The position numbers were made by a program, and so were the translations under genes. From an uncultured Candidatus Saccharibacteria bacterium (GTDB lineage: Bacteria; Patescibacteriota; Minisyncoccia; Phycocordibacterales; UBA2100), in the NCBI GenBank assembly GCA_964424265.1, contig CAYRHX010000001.1:498-64497 (forward strand): a stretch of DNA of 64,000 nt. The letters are read 5' to 3'. Shown here in pieces: positions 27,886-36,436 of this stretch. Under the pieces are notes generated by a model. That model was not told the origin of the DNA, did not search any database, and was given only the letters and a program-made list of their open reading frames with translations. The stretch's first letter is position 1; the number at the start of each line of letters is the position of its first letter.

Positions 27886-28915
27886 ATCTCTCCGTACAAT
27901 AATCCTCTTAGCGATATCATCTCTACCCTTTTTCGCTTCTGCACACGAGGTATACGTGCTCGACCACGTCACGATAGACGCTGCACTTGCGGCGCCATCC
28001 CCAAATCCATTCCTGGCATACATCGGCAATGAGTACGACTTTTTCTTTTGGGGATTCGTATCGGTCGTTGTCCTCACGACACTTCTTTTCGCCACATTCT
28101 TTCGTCTTTTCGAGCAATCGCTCGGTCCGATCTTTGCCTCTCTCAAAAGCTTTGCGCATCCATTGATACGCCTCACGATCGGCGCGACGCTTCTGATATT
28201 TGGCTGGCAGGGCATCCTCTATGGCCCCGAACTCCCTCTCTCAAAAATATTCGGTCCCGCGGCCGGCGTTCTGCAAATCGTCCTCACGGGTCTTGGTGTT
28301 GCGATACTCGCGGGCGTGTATACGCGCATCAGCGCCTTGATCGCGATCTTCATCTATCTCTGCGCGGGATGGTCGGCTGGTTGGTACATACTCACCTACA
28401 CTGGCCACCTCGGTGGATACGTAGCTCTCCTCATGCTCGGCGCGGGCTCGTGGCCATTTGGAAATCTACTGCAAAAGAGCGACGTACTTTCATCGGTACG
28501 CCTCTATCTCAAATCACTCGCGCCTCTTGCATTTCCAGTACTGCGCATGCTCTTCGGATTCGGAATAATGTTTGCAGCGCTGTATGCAAAATTCATCCAC
28601 AGCGAACTTGCGCTCCAGACGATAGCGCAGAATCATCTGACAGATTACCTCCCTTTTGAACCGCTCTTTATAGTACTCGGGGCGCTTATCATCGAATTCC
28701 TCGCGGGTCTTATGATGTTTTTGGGAGTCGCCGTGCGATGGACAGGATTGTTTCTCATTTTCTGGCTCACGATGGGTCACCTCTCCACCAACGAGGCGTG
28801 GTGGGTGCACATCATTCTCTATGGTCTCGGCCTTGCAATCTTCTGTCACGGCTACGACCGTTATTCACTCGAGGGATATTTTCTCAAGAAAGATAACCGC
28901 GAACCGATACTCTAA
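27878..28915 (+). CDS. polytopic membrane protein with two DoxX-like repeats
   Basis: Signal peptide, then two segments resembling DoxX (HPLIRLTIGATLLIFGWQGILYGPEL and FPVLRMLFGFGIMFAALYAKFIHSEL). Confidence 0.55.
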   Translation: MAKSLRTIILLAISSLPFFASAHEVYVLDHVTIDAALAAPSPNPFLAYIGNEYDFFFWGFVSVVVLTTLLFATFFRLFEQSLGPIFASLKSFAHPLIRLTIGATLLIFGWQGILYGPELPLSKIFGPAAGVLQIVLTGLGVAILAGVYTRISALIAIFIYLCAGWSAGWYILTYTGHLGGYVALLMLGAGSWPFGNLLQKSDVLSSVRLYLKSLAPLAFPVLRMLFGFGIMFAALYAKFIHSELALQTIAQNHLTDYLPFEPLFIVLGALIIEFLAGLMMFLGVAVRWTGLFLIFWLTMGHLSTNEAWWVHIILYGLGLAIFCHGYDRYSLEGYFLKKDNREPIL

Positions 28916-28928
28916 ATCCGTGGGAACG

Positions 28929-29465
28929 TTAGGCTTCTCGGCGTCGCACGAAGAGCATAATCAAGATGATGAATGCAAATGCTGATGCGGCCATCATGGG
29001 GTACGTGATGTAACCGAACTCCAAGAAGAAGATCTGGGCGCAACTCACTTCCCCGTGCGAGGGACACGGAAGCGCGCCCGATGGATACATTTGTAGAATG
29101 TGGTGGTACACGGCAATTCCGAGACCGATCACCGAAAGAGCGAGCGAATAGTCTGCAACGGAGCGATCACGCCTCCACAGCGCGAGTGCAAAGAGGACGA
29201 CCTGCGGATACAAAAAGGCTCGCTGCCACCAGCAGAGCGGACACGGAGGCAAGCCAAAGACACCTGAGTGAATGACGGTAACAGCGCTTGCAGACAGCGC
29301 TACGAGAAGCCCTATCCACAAACCCCATCTCGAGAGGATACTTGCAATGTCTCCGAAGTCTGGGATTTTGTGACGCAAAAAATATAGTCCGAGAAGTGCG
29401 GCGCTCGCTATTTGCATTGAGATCGTTGCAAGAGCCAATCCGTAATTGATGGTCTCAAGAGACAT
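28929..29465 (-). CDS. DsbB/BdbC-like disulfide bond formation protein
   Basis: Four TM helices with a PCPLCWWQR motif and a second Cys pair (CPSHGEVSC). I trimmed the start to MSLETINYG (29465) because the first 114 codons of the track ORF overlap the thioredoxin-like gene in another frame. Confidence 0.65.
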   Translation of the reverse strand: MSLETINYGLALATISMQIASAALLGLYFLRHKIPDFGDIASILSRWGLWIGLLVALSASAVTVIHSGVFGLPPCPLCWWQRAFLYPQVVLFALALWRRDRSVADYSLALSVIGLGIAVYHHILQMYPSGALPCPSHGEVSCAQIFFLEFGYITYPMMAASAFAFIILIMLFVRRREA

Positions 29466-29472
29466 ACGGAAT

Positions 29473-29874
29473 TTAGCGCGGAAGAGGACATCCGCTCCCA
29501 ACTGAAAGCTCCTGAAGCGTGCGTTCACCTGTGAGCGTGGTCGTGCTGTTTGCAAATGTCCATGTGGGGTAACTTTCGATTTTCTTCTCTTTGCAAATGT
29601 CGGTCTGTCCCTTTCCATCAGCGGTTGAACACTCCACGTATGGAAGAAGTTTTGCCGATCTACCGAATAGTGCCTTCGTCTTTTGACAATGCGGGCACCA
29701 AAAAGCCCCATAGAAAGTGACGCCTTTGTCTTTGAGGCACTGAGCGAAGGAGTCGAGCTGCCCCGGACGAGAATTGGCCAAAGAGAGACTGCCAATACCC
29801 ACGACAATAAGGGCGATTAAAATTAGCCAAAAAAACTTTACTCCGCTTTTCATGAAGGTCATAATACAATACAA
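29473..29874 (-). CDS. membrane-anchored thioredoxin-fold protein (DsbA/VKOR-associated Trx-like; CxxC)
   Basis: N-terminal TM helix and FYGAFWCPHCQKTKALF active-site motif. Confidence 0.65.
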   Translation of the reverse strand: MYCIMTFMKSGVKFFWLILIALIVVGIGSLSLANSRPGQLDSFAQCLKDKGVTFYGAFWCPHCQKTKALFGRSAKLLPYVECSTADGKGQTDICKEKKIESYPTWTFANSTTTLTGERTLQELSVGSGCPLPR

Positions 29875-29882
29875 TTATCCCT

Positions 29883-30398
29883 ATGAATACCCCCATCGAA
29901 GAAATAGAGAAAGTCTTGCATGTTGAAGACATTGATCGGTCATTTTTACTTCGTGTCGTCCAACCAGCACTCGTCGGCTTAATAGACGGCTCTATCTCGA
30001 CATTGGCACCCCTCTTTGCAGCAGCTTTTGCGAGTCATGATACACGCGTAACGTTTCTTGTGGGAACGGCTGCGGCAATCGGTGCTGGTATCAGCATGGC
30101 CTTTGCTGAAGGGCTCTCAGATACTGGAGAGCACACCGGGAGAGGTCACCCTTTTATACGTGGATCAATCGTCGGTCTCATGACATTTGTGGGAGGAATT
30201 CTCCACACTCTACCCTTCCTCATTTCCAATCTCACGACCGCGCTGTACTTGGCATACTTCATCGTAATTCTGGAACTTCTTTCTATCGGATACATCCGTT
30301 ATCGGTATTTCAAACTCGGCTTTTGGTTTTCTGTTGCACAAGTCGTATTTGGTGGCGCGCTCGTATTTGCCTCAGGGGTCTTGATCGGAAGTGCCTAA
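29883..30398 (+). CDS. VIT1/CCC1 family membrane protein (iron/manganese transporter-like)
   Basis: VGLIDGSISTLAPLFAAAFA and a Gly-rich TM pattern typical of the VIT family. Confidence 0.65.
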   Translation: MNTPIEEIEKVLHVEDIDRSFLLRVVQPALVGLIDGSISTLAPLFAAAFASHDTRVTFLVGTAAAIGAGISMAFAEGLSDTGEHTGRGHPFIRGSIVGLMTFVGGILHTLPFLISNLTTALYLAYFIVILELLSIGYIRYRYFKLGFWFSVAQVVFGGALVFASGVLIGSA

Positions 30399-30820
30399 CC
30401 GTGGTGTTTCCGCGCACTGCATTTGCAACCAACAGGGCGGATAAATTCGTCGAAGTATTCAATGTCGTAGTCGATCGTGAGCTCGCCTCCTTCCTCGATC
30501 GGACGTTTCGCCAGAATTAATATGCGCCCATCGACAATCTCTGCTTCTGTATTGGGATCACATGAGTGATTAATGTATCGGGCGGTGTTTGAAAGCGGAG
30601 AACCATCGATGGTCCAATCCGCATCGATCTCGAATAAGTAGCGCGACGTGAGAGTGTCTGCAAGCGCGGTGGGGATTCTTTTACCCGTGTACTCAAGAAT
30701 GAAATCGCCTTTTTTGATATCGTGCTGCGCAAAGAGCCCCTGGCCCGTCCCTGGTTTCGATTTTCTCACTTTAAAACGGGCATCTATCGCTTCCATGTGG
30801 GGCGAGTATAATACAGTCAT
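30395..30820 (-). CDS. SET-domain protein (putative protein-lysine methyltransferase)
   Basis: YINHSCDPN (SET motif III/NHSC), ELTIDYDIEYF and a C-terminal Cys cluster (post-SET). Confidence 0.75.
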   Translation of the reverse strand: MTVLYSPHMEAIDARFKVRKSKPGTGQGLFAQHDIKKGDFILEYTGKRIPTALADTLTSRYLFEIDADWTIDGSPLSNTARYINHSCDPNTEAEIVDGRILILAKRPIEEGGELTIDYDIEYFDEFIRPVGCKCSARKHHG

Positions 30821-32081
30821 GTCGAAACGCGAAAAAATCTCTACCGAAAATTATAAGGGTGTTCGCGACTTTTATCCGGAGGACTTTTTCCTTCAAAAAT
30901 ATATTTTTGAACATATGAGTCGCGTCTGCGAATTATTCGGATATGAAGAGTACAGCGCCTCTGTTCTCGAGCCAGCGGAGCTGTATCGCGCCAAAAGTAG
31001 CGAGGAGATCGTGAACGAACAGACCTATACCTTCACCGATCGCGGGGGACGTGAAGTGACACTACGTCCTGAGATGACCCCATCACTCGCACGCATGATT
31101 GCAGCCAAGCAGCGCGATATACCACTACCCGCCCGCTGGTACACAATCGCAAATGTTTTTCGATACGAACGACCTCAGAAGGGTCGCCTCCGTGAGCATT
31201 GGCAACTCAATGCCGACATAGTGGGGATCGAAGGCGTAGATGCGGACGCGGAAATCATCGCAATCGCCCACGGCGTCATGCGATCGATGGGCGCTGATGA
31301 GCGAAACTTCGAAATCCGCGTCTCGGATCGAAGAATCCTCGACGCGATTTATCAATCAGTGGGTATTGCAAAGGAGTACACGGGCAACGTCACCCGACTC
31401 CTTGATCGTCGCGCCAAAATCGACGACTTCGAGAAAGAGCTTACCGATCTCATCGCACATGAAGAAAAAGCGATCAAGCTTATCGAGGAGCTTGAGAACA
31501 TCACTTCGACGGCATATCTCGAGGAACTTCGCGTAAAACTCGAGCACATGGGGGTCCGCAATATGGTCGTAGACACCAAAATCACCCGCGGATTTGACTA
31601 CTACACAGGCATGGTGTTTGAAGTGTACGACACGGACGAAAGCAACAGGCGATCGCTCTTTGGCGGAGGGCGGTACGACAACCTTTTGAGCCTTTTCGGA
31701 GGAGAACCCATTCCTGCCGTTGGCTTCGGTATGGGCGATGTGACCGCTCGAGACTTCTTGGAAACGCACAACCTCATACCTACATACACACCCTCGACCG
31801 AGCTCATGATCTGCGTCACAGAACCTGAGGCGACCTCGCACGCCGTACAACTCGCCCAGAGTCTGCGGCGCGAAGACGTGACTGTCGCCGTCAACTTCTC
31901 CCTCAAAAGAGTCGGCGATCAGATACGACATGCTGACAAGATGAAAATACCGTTTGTAATCGTTGTGGGATCAATGGAGCGCGATTCCGGTCGCTATACC
32001 GTCAAAAACCTCTCGACAGGAAAAGAGATCACCCTCGCCGCAGATCGTATCTCTGAGCACTTGTTTTCATCTCTCGGATAA
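30819..32081 (+). CDS. hisS: histidyl-tRNA synthetase
   Basis: Class II aaRS motifs (GVRDFYPED, FRYERPQKGRLREHWQ, GGGRYDNL) and a C-terminal anticodon-binding domain. I chose the start at MSKREK (30819), which has TATAAT 6 nt upstream. Confidence 0.85.
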   Translation: MSKREKISTENYKGVRDFYPEDFFLQKYIFEHMSRVCELFGYEEYSASVLEPAELYRAKSSEEIVNEQTYTFTDRGGREVTLRPEMTPSLARMIAAKQRDIPLPARWYTIANVFRYERPQKGRLREHWQLNADIVGIEGVDADAEIIAIAHGVMRSMGADERNFEIRVSDRRILDAIYQSVGIAKEYTGNVTRLLDRRAKIDDFEKELTDLIAHEEKAIKLIEELENITSTAYLEELRVKLEHMGVRNMVVDTKITRGFDYYTGMVFEVYDTDESNRRSLFGGGRYDNLLSLFGGEPIPAVGFGMGDVTARDFLETHNLIPTYTPSTELMICVTEPEATSHAVQLAQSLRREDVTVAVNFSLKRVGDQIRHADKMKIPFVIVVGSMERDSGRYTVKNLSTGKEITLAADRISEHLFSSLG

Positions 32082-32105
32082 TTTCCGTTATACTACCCGA
32101 CTGCC

Positions 32106-32681
32106 ATGAGAACCGTTGTTTTTGATATTGAGACCGCGAATTGGATGAGTGACATTGGCTCTTCCGACCCCGCTGACCTTACAATCGCGATCGTGTGCAT
32201 CCACGACTCAGAGACAGATACGTATTCGAGCTACCTCGAGAATGAGCTGCATCTCCTGTGGAACATACTCGAACGCACGGATATCCTGGTGGGCTACAAC
32301 TCCGACCATTTCGACATTCCCCTCCTCAACAAATACTATCCGGGCGATCTCACGCGCATAAAAAGTCTCGATCTTATGAAAGAGGTGCACGCGACGCTCG
32401 GGCGACGCCTCAAGCTCGACAGCATTGCCGAAGCAACGCTCGGAGAGAAAAAAAGCGCCTCGGGCGCTCAATCGCTCCAGTGGTGGCGTGCAGGGGAAGT
32501 GGAGAAAGTGCGTTCGTATTGCCTCAAAGACGTTGAGATCACCAAGAATATCTTCGATTACGCGCTCAAGAACGGATCGATCAAGTACAAAGAACTCGGC
32601 AAATCGCGCGAGGTCAAGCTCAACACTTCAAAATGGCTCGCGGAGAGTGGAGGCGCAATGACGTTTACGCTTGGGCTCTGA
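32106..32681 (+). CDS. RNase H-like 3'-5' exonuclease domain protein (PolB-exo/YprB-like)
   Basis: VVFDIETANW... and the YCLKDVEIT motif. Confidence 0.55.
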   Translation: MRTVVFDIETANWMSDIGSSDPADLTIAIVCIHDSETDTYSSYLENELHLLWNILERTDILVGYNSDHFDIPLLNKYYPGDLTRIKSLDLMKEVHATLGRRLKLDSIAEATLGEKKSASGAQSLQWWRAGEVEKVRSYCLKDVEITKNIFDYALKNGSIKYKELGKSREVKLNTSKWLAESGGAMTFTLGL

Positions 32682-32734
32682 TACCGAGACACGAGCCCTG
32701 CCTTTTAGGTTTATGTTGCGCTTGGGACTCAGAA

Positions 32735-32815
32735 ACTGGGAAACCCTCGGTTTTCCCATTCCTTCCTCCGACAGGAAAATCCCGTTTCCCGACCCCTTCC
32801 GATTCTGATCCTCGC
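32735..32815 (-). other. conserved two-hairpin element (copy A) plus anti-T-arm segment in the tRNA-Phe 3' trailer
   Basis: CTGGGAAACCCTCGGTTTTCCCATTCCTTCCTC...GTTTCCCGACC has a near-identical copy at 45958..46018. CGATTCTGATCC (32800..32811) is the reverse complement of the tRNA-Phe T-loop/3' T-stem. Confidence 0.6.
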
Positions 32816-32838
32816 AAAAATGCGCTACGCTTATTTTG

Positions 32839-32911
32839 TGCTTGGGACCAGAATCGAACTGGTGACCCTTCCCTCTTCAGGGGAATGCTCTACCAACTGA
32901 GCTACCCAAGC
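32839..32911 (-). tRNA. tRNA-Phe (anticodon GAA)
   Basis: Hand-folded cloverleaf: 7-bp acceptor GCTTGGG/CCCAAGC, D-arm GCTC/GAGC with GG loop, anticodon loop CTGAAGA, T-arm ACCAG-TTCGATT-CTGGT, discriminator A. No encoded CCA. Confidence 0.85.
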
Positions 32912-33081
32912 CCATACACCAAATTTGCCATTGTTTCTCATTGCCTCACAATGGAAAGCGTAGTACTAACCCTGACAAACGATGTATGTGTGCATCATCT
33001 CAAAATACGAAACAAATGCAATTATGGCAAAATTGGTGTCGGGGCAAGCGTGTCAGCGCTACCACTGAGCCCCGCCCATTT

Positions 33082-33423
33082 CTACTCCGATGTGGAGGTG
33101 GAAACGCCCGAAGAAGGCGCGTACAGAAAGCTCGACATTTTTTTGACCATCTGAATCAATTGCTCCTGAACGCTCACAACCTGCGCCTTAGCATCTGCCC
33201 CTGTCGCCTGCACTTGATTTACGGTATGAAGAATTTGCTGTACTGGGCCATTCACATAGGTCACGTACAACCAGATAGGCCCGAGCAAAAGTACCGCATA
33301 GATGAGAAACTTCAGGATTCCTCCCCACAACGCATTACGGCGCATCGAGTGGAGCATTTTGTTGTTCTCTCGAACGAGTTTGTATATTTCTGCCTGTTGC
33401 CCCTGAAAAGGATTCAGCTCCAT
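33082..33423 (-). CDS. small hypothetical membrane protein
   Basis: 113-aa ORF with one or two TM helices (ILKFLIYAVLLLGPIWLYVTYV) lying between two tRNA genes. No recognisable family. Confidence 0.35.
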   Translation of the reverse strand: MELNPFQGQQAEIYKLVRENNKMLHSMRRNALWGGILKFLIYAVLLLGPIWLYVTYVNGPVQQILHTVNQVQATGADAKAQVVSVQEQLIQMVKKMSSFLYAPSSGVSTSTSE

Positions 33424-33464
33424 GCGCTTATTGTATCATCTTCAAAATGGTAGAGTACAGACGC

Positions 33465-33536
33465 GCCCTCGTAGCACAATGGATAGTGCAGACCCGTCCT
33501 AAGGGTACGATTTCGGTCCGATTCCGGACGAGGGCA
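33465..33536 (+). tRNA. tRNA-Arg (anticodon CCT), tentative
   Basis: Perfect 7-bp acceptor GCCCTCG/CGAGGGC, D-arm GCAC-AATGGATA-GTGC, T-arm TTCGG-TCCGATT-CCGGA. The anticodon stem has one mismatch and the loop is GTCCTAA with an unusual G32, so I keep confidence lower. Confidence 0.55.
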
Positions 33537-33542
33537 CTCGCA

Positions 33543-33785
33543 CTACACGGCAAGCAACTCGCGTAACCTCATTTCATCATAACCAACAATGGTCTGATCA
33601 CCGATCGAAATGACAGGTACACCCATTTGCCCACTCTTTTCTATCATCTCTTTTCGCTTCACGAGATCCGTGCCGACATTGTAGTCGGTAAACGCCACTC
33701 CATTGGCCGCGAAAAAGTCTTTTGCCATGTGACAAAAATGACACGTTGGGGTCGAGTAAATAGTAACGGGTACTTTTTTCACCAT
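33543..33785 (-). CDS. glutaredoxin-like / NrdH-like thioredoxin-fold protein
   Basis: VTIYSTPTCHFCHMAKDFF (CxxC) and GVPVISIGDQTIVGYD. I chose the start at MVKKVPV; the track ORF is longer. Confidence 0.7.
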   Translation of the reverse strand: MVKKVPVTIYSTPTCHFCHMAKDFFAANGVAFTDYNVGTDLVKRKEMIEKSGQMGVPVISIGDQTIVGYDEMRLRELLAV

Positions 33786-33917
33786 ACGAATATATAAATG
33801 GCTAATGGGGATTAGCAGTATACCATGGGTACTTATCCACAATGCGGGTAACGCCAAGGCTAGACCGCACATCGTCACTCGGCAGTGTGAGCAAGCTCAC
33901 ACTGCACTCGTTCCTCG

Positions 33918-33988
33918 TGCGGGTACGGAGAATCGAACTCCGATCTAATGCTTGGGAAGCATTCGTTTTACCACTAAACTATACCCGC
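33918..33988 (-). tRNA. tRNA-Gly (anticodon CCC)
   Basis: Cloverleaf: GCGGGTA acceptor, D-arm GTTT-AGTGGTA-AAAC, anticodon loop TTCCCAA, T-arm CGGAG-TTCGATT-CTCCG, discriminator A. Confidence 0.85.
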
Positions 33989-34045
33989 CTTCGCATGATG
34001 AAATTTAACAGAGTTTCCTAGCTTACGCGAGCGCTGAGGAGTCCT

Positions 34046-34417
34046 TTACCAACGAAAGAACGCTCCCTTAATGCTGTCGAGCATAGTTGATGTTGCCTGT
34101 GATGGTGAGGTTTCGGGCTTATCCACTATTACGATGAGGCCCTCCCCCTCTCGCGCCAGTTCGTATTGCTCACGTAATACCGCCTCCACACCACGGTCAG
34201 TTTGAAGATTGGCAATGTCTTCGTCCAACTGTATCTGCCGTACCGTAAGATCGTTGAGCTGTCCTTCTGCCTCGACTCGCAAGGCTGCAGACTCACGCTC
34301 CTTTTTATAAGCACCCCACGCTCCCCACGCGACCCCCACAACGAGAATCAGTAAGATGAGAATCATAAGCCGTCTTCCGAAAAGTCGTACCGGATCGTTT
34401 CTTAGTTTGATTGCCAT
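34046..34417 (-). CDS. FtsB/DivIC-like septum formation initiator
   Basis: Single N-terminal TM helix plus a coiled-coil (LQLDEDIANLQTDRGVEAVLREQYELAREGE). Confidence 0.6.
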   Translation of the reverse strand: MAIKLRNDPVRLFGRRLMILILLILVVGVAWGAWGAYKKERESAALRVEAEGQLNDLTVRQIQLDEDIANLQTDRGVEAVLREQYELAREGEGLIVIVDKPETSPSQATSTMLDSIKGAFFRW

Positions 34418-34648
34418 AAAGCCGTGGTCCCATTATACTAACAGTGCCAGACGTTGATACCGAACCGAACCATGAGCTTCCTTTTTCACAAACGTACCAA
34501 GAAAATTATCAAGATCGTGTGGAGCGTAGTCGCTGTACTAATCATCCTCGGCATGGTGGTCTTTTTCGCCCCAGGACTTACAAACCTTGTATAGGCGCAA
34601 CGGGCACCCTGCGGTTGACACTCCCCTTCTTCGAGCTCACGGTACCGC

Positions 34649-36433
34649 TCAGCTCTCCCGAATAACCTTCAAAAATACTTCGTGCGGGATCTCTACTGTT
34701 CCACGCGCGAGCATTTTCTTCTTTCCCTTCTTTTGTTTCTCCCGCAGCTTCATTTTTCTCGTGATATCGCCGCCATACAGGTAGCCTGTCACATCTTTGC
34801 GCATAGCTGATTTTCGGCGCGACGCTATGATGCGACCCATCGTTTTTGCCTGGATTTTCAATTCAAACATTTGGCGCGGAAGCAGCTTCTCCAGTTTCTC
34901 CACCATTGATTCGGCTTCATGCTGCACTCGGCGACGCGAAACAATGCGGGCAAATGCAGGCACGAGTTCTTCCGCTACGACGATGTCGAGCCGCACAACG
35001 TCTGCCGCGCGCATTCCGAGCAGTTCGTAGGAGAGCGAAGCAAATCCGCTCGAAACACTTTTCAGCCGATCGAAGAATCCCCGCATGAGTTCGCGTAACG
35101 GCATTTGGGCGGCAAGACGCGTCTTGCCGTCGGGAAGCGTCTCCGTGTCACCGACGATCGCTTCATGATCGTAGAGAAGCTGAGAAATCCCTCCTAAGTA
35201 CTCGGGAGGCGTAATGACGAACACGTTGGTCCATGGCTCACGAACCTCTTTCGCCGTCCCATCATCTGGGAAACGCGCAGGCGCATATATCTTTTCAACT
35301 TCTCCATTATTTTTCGTAACCTCATACACGGTGGTTGGCATCGTTACGACGAGCGCGAGCGTAAATTCTCGTCGCAAGCGTTCTATCACAATCTCCAAGT
35401 GAAGCATTCCCAAAAACCCGCACCGAAATCCCTTCCCCATAACACCTGACGATTCTTCCTCGTAGGAGAGCGAGGAATCCGAAAGGCGGAGACGCTCCAG
35501 CGACTGTCGCAAAAGCGCAAGGTCATCCTGGCTCTCAGGATACACGCTCGCCCAAATCACCGGGGTCGGCGGACGATACCCGAAAAGGCCGGAACTCGGA
35601 TTGCGCGTCGTTGTCACCGTGTCGCCTACCGATGCAATGCCGGGCTTTTTGATACCCGTTACAACGTACCCTATCTCGCCTTCAAGAATCCTCGGGCAGG
35701 GTTTCTCCTCAGGGGTAAGGACGCCGACTTCAAGTGCGACGAAATCTGCTTTGGAAGCGACGAGGCGGAGAGAATCGCCTTTGCCGATCGAACCCCCAAA
35801 AACACGCATATACACGATAACGCCTCTGTGATCAGAATATCCAAAATCAAAAACGAGCGCTTGCACTCCTGCATTTGCGGGTTTAGGTGGTGGAATTCGC
35901 TCGACAATTGCATTCAAGACCGCATCAACTCCCATTCCAGTTTTCCCCGATGCGCGCAAAACCTCGGACTCAGGACATTTGAGGAGTAGCGCGAGTTCGC
36001 TCACAATATCCTCGACTCGCGCATGGGGCGCATCGATTTTCGAAACAATGGGGATTATCTTGAGATTGAGCTCTCGTGCAACAGACAAAACGGAGAGCGT
36101 CTGCGCTTCCACGCCTTGCGTGGCGTCCACGAGCAGCAGCACTCCCTCGACAGCCGAGAGCGCGCGGGATACTTCGTATGCAAAATCCACGTGCCCCGGT
36201 GTGTCGATGAGGTTGAGCACATACTCGGATCCTCCATGCGCCCATCGCATACGCACTGGCTGCATCTTGATCGTGATGCCGCGCTCCCTTTCCAAATCCA
36301 TCCGATCCAACACCTGCTCTTGCATGCGACGCGGCTCGATAGTGCCCGTCAACTCAAGCATCCTGTCGGCGAGAGTAGACTTGCCATGATCAATATGGGC
36401 GATAATCGAGAAATTGCGTATGTGATGTGACAT
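34649..36433 (-). CDS. lepA: elongation factor 4 (LepA)
   Basis: IRNFSIIAHIDHGKSTLADR G-domain and the LepA-specific C-terminal domain. Length 594 aa. Confidence 0.9.
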   Translation of the reverse strand: MSHHIRNFSIIAHIDHGKSTLADRMLELTGTIEPRRMQEQVLDRMDLERERGITIKMQPVRMRWAHGGSEYVLNLIDTPGHVDFAYEVSRALSAVEGVLLLVDATQGVEAQTLSVLSVARELNLKIIPIVSKIDAPHARVEDIVSELALLLKCPESEVLRASGKTGMGVDAVLNAIVERIPPPKPANAGVQALVFDFGYSDHRGVIVYMRVFGGSIGKGDSLRLVASKADFVALEVGVLTPEEKPCPRILEGEIGYVVTGIKKPGIASVGDTVTTTRNPSSGLFGYRPPTPVIWASVYPESQDDLALLRQSLERLRLSDSSLSYEEESSGVMGKGFRCGFLGMLHLEIVIERLRREFTLALVVTMPTTVYEVTKNNGEVEKIYAPARFPDDGTAKEVREPWTNVFVITPPEYLGGISQLLYDHEAIVGDTETLPDGKTRLAAQMPLRELMRGFFDRLKSVSSGFASLSYELLGMRAADVVRLDIVVAEELVPAFARIVSRRRVQHEAESMVEKLEKLLPRQMFELKIQAKTMGRIIASRRKSAMRKDVTGYLYGGDITRKMKLREKQKKGKKKMLARGTVEIPHEVFLKVIRES

Positions 36434-36436
36434 ATC

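Noticed and set aside
28929-29807. Full 292-aa extent of the DsbB-like ORF
   Set aside because: The first 114 codons overlap the thioredoxin-like gene in a different frame and encode an Arg/Lys-rich, non-membrane sequence. The DsbB-like domain begins at the internal Met (29465), which gives two adjacent non-overlapping genes.
32717-32728. A possible second tRNA or tRNA-Phe pseudogene (TGCGCTTGGGAC, similar to the tRNA-Phe 3' end at 32837-32848), as in an att-site duplication by an integrase
   Set aside because: Only about 12 nt match and no cloverleaf can be folded. The spacing of about 110 bp is too small for an integrated element, and no integrase gene is nearby. It may still be part of the conserved trailer element described in the findings.
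33879-33903. Hairpin CAGTGTGAGC-AAG-GCTCACACTG 15 nt after tRNA-Gly as a terminator or ncRNA
   Set aside because: It is a perfect 10-bp stem but has no U-tract and no similarity to other loci. It is most simply a tRNA 3'-trailer processing hairpin.
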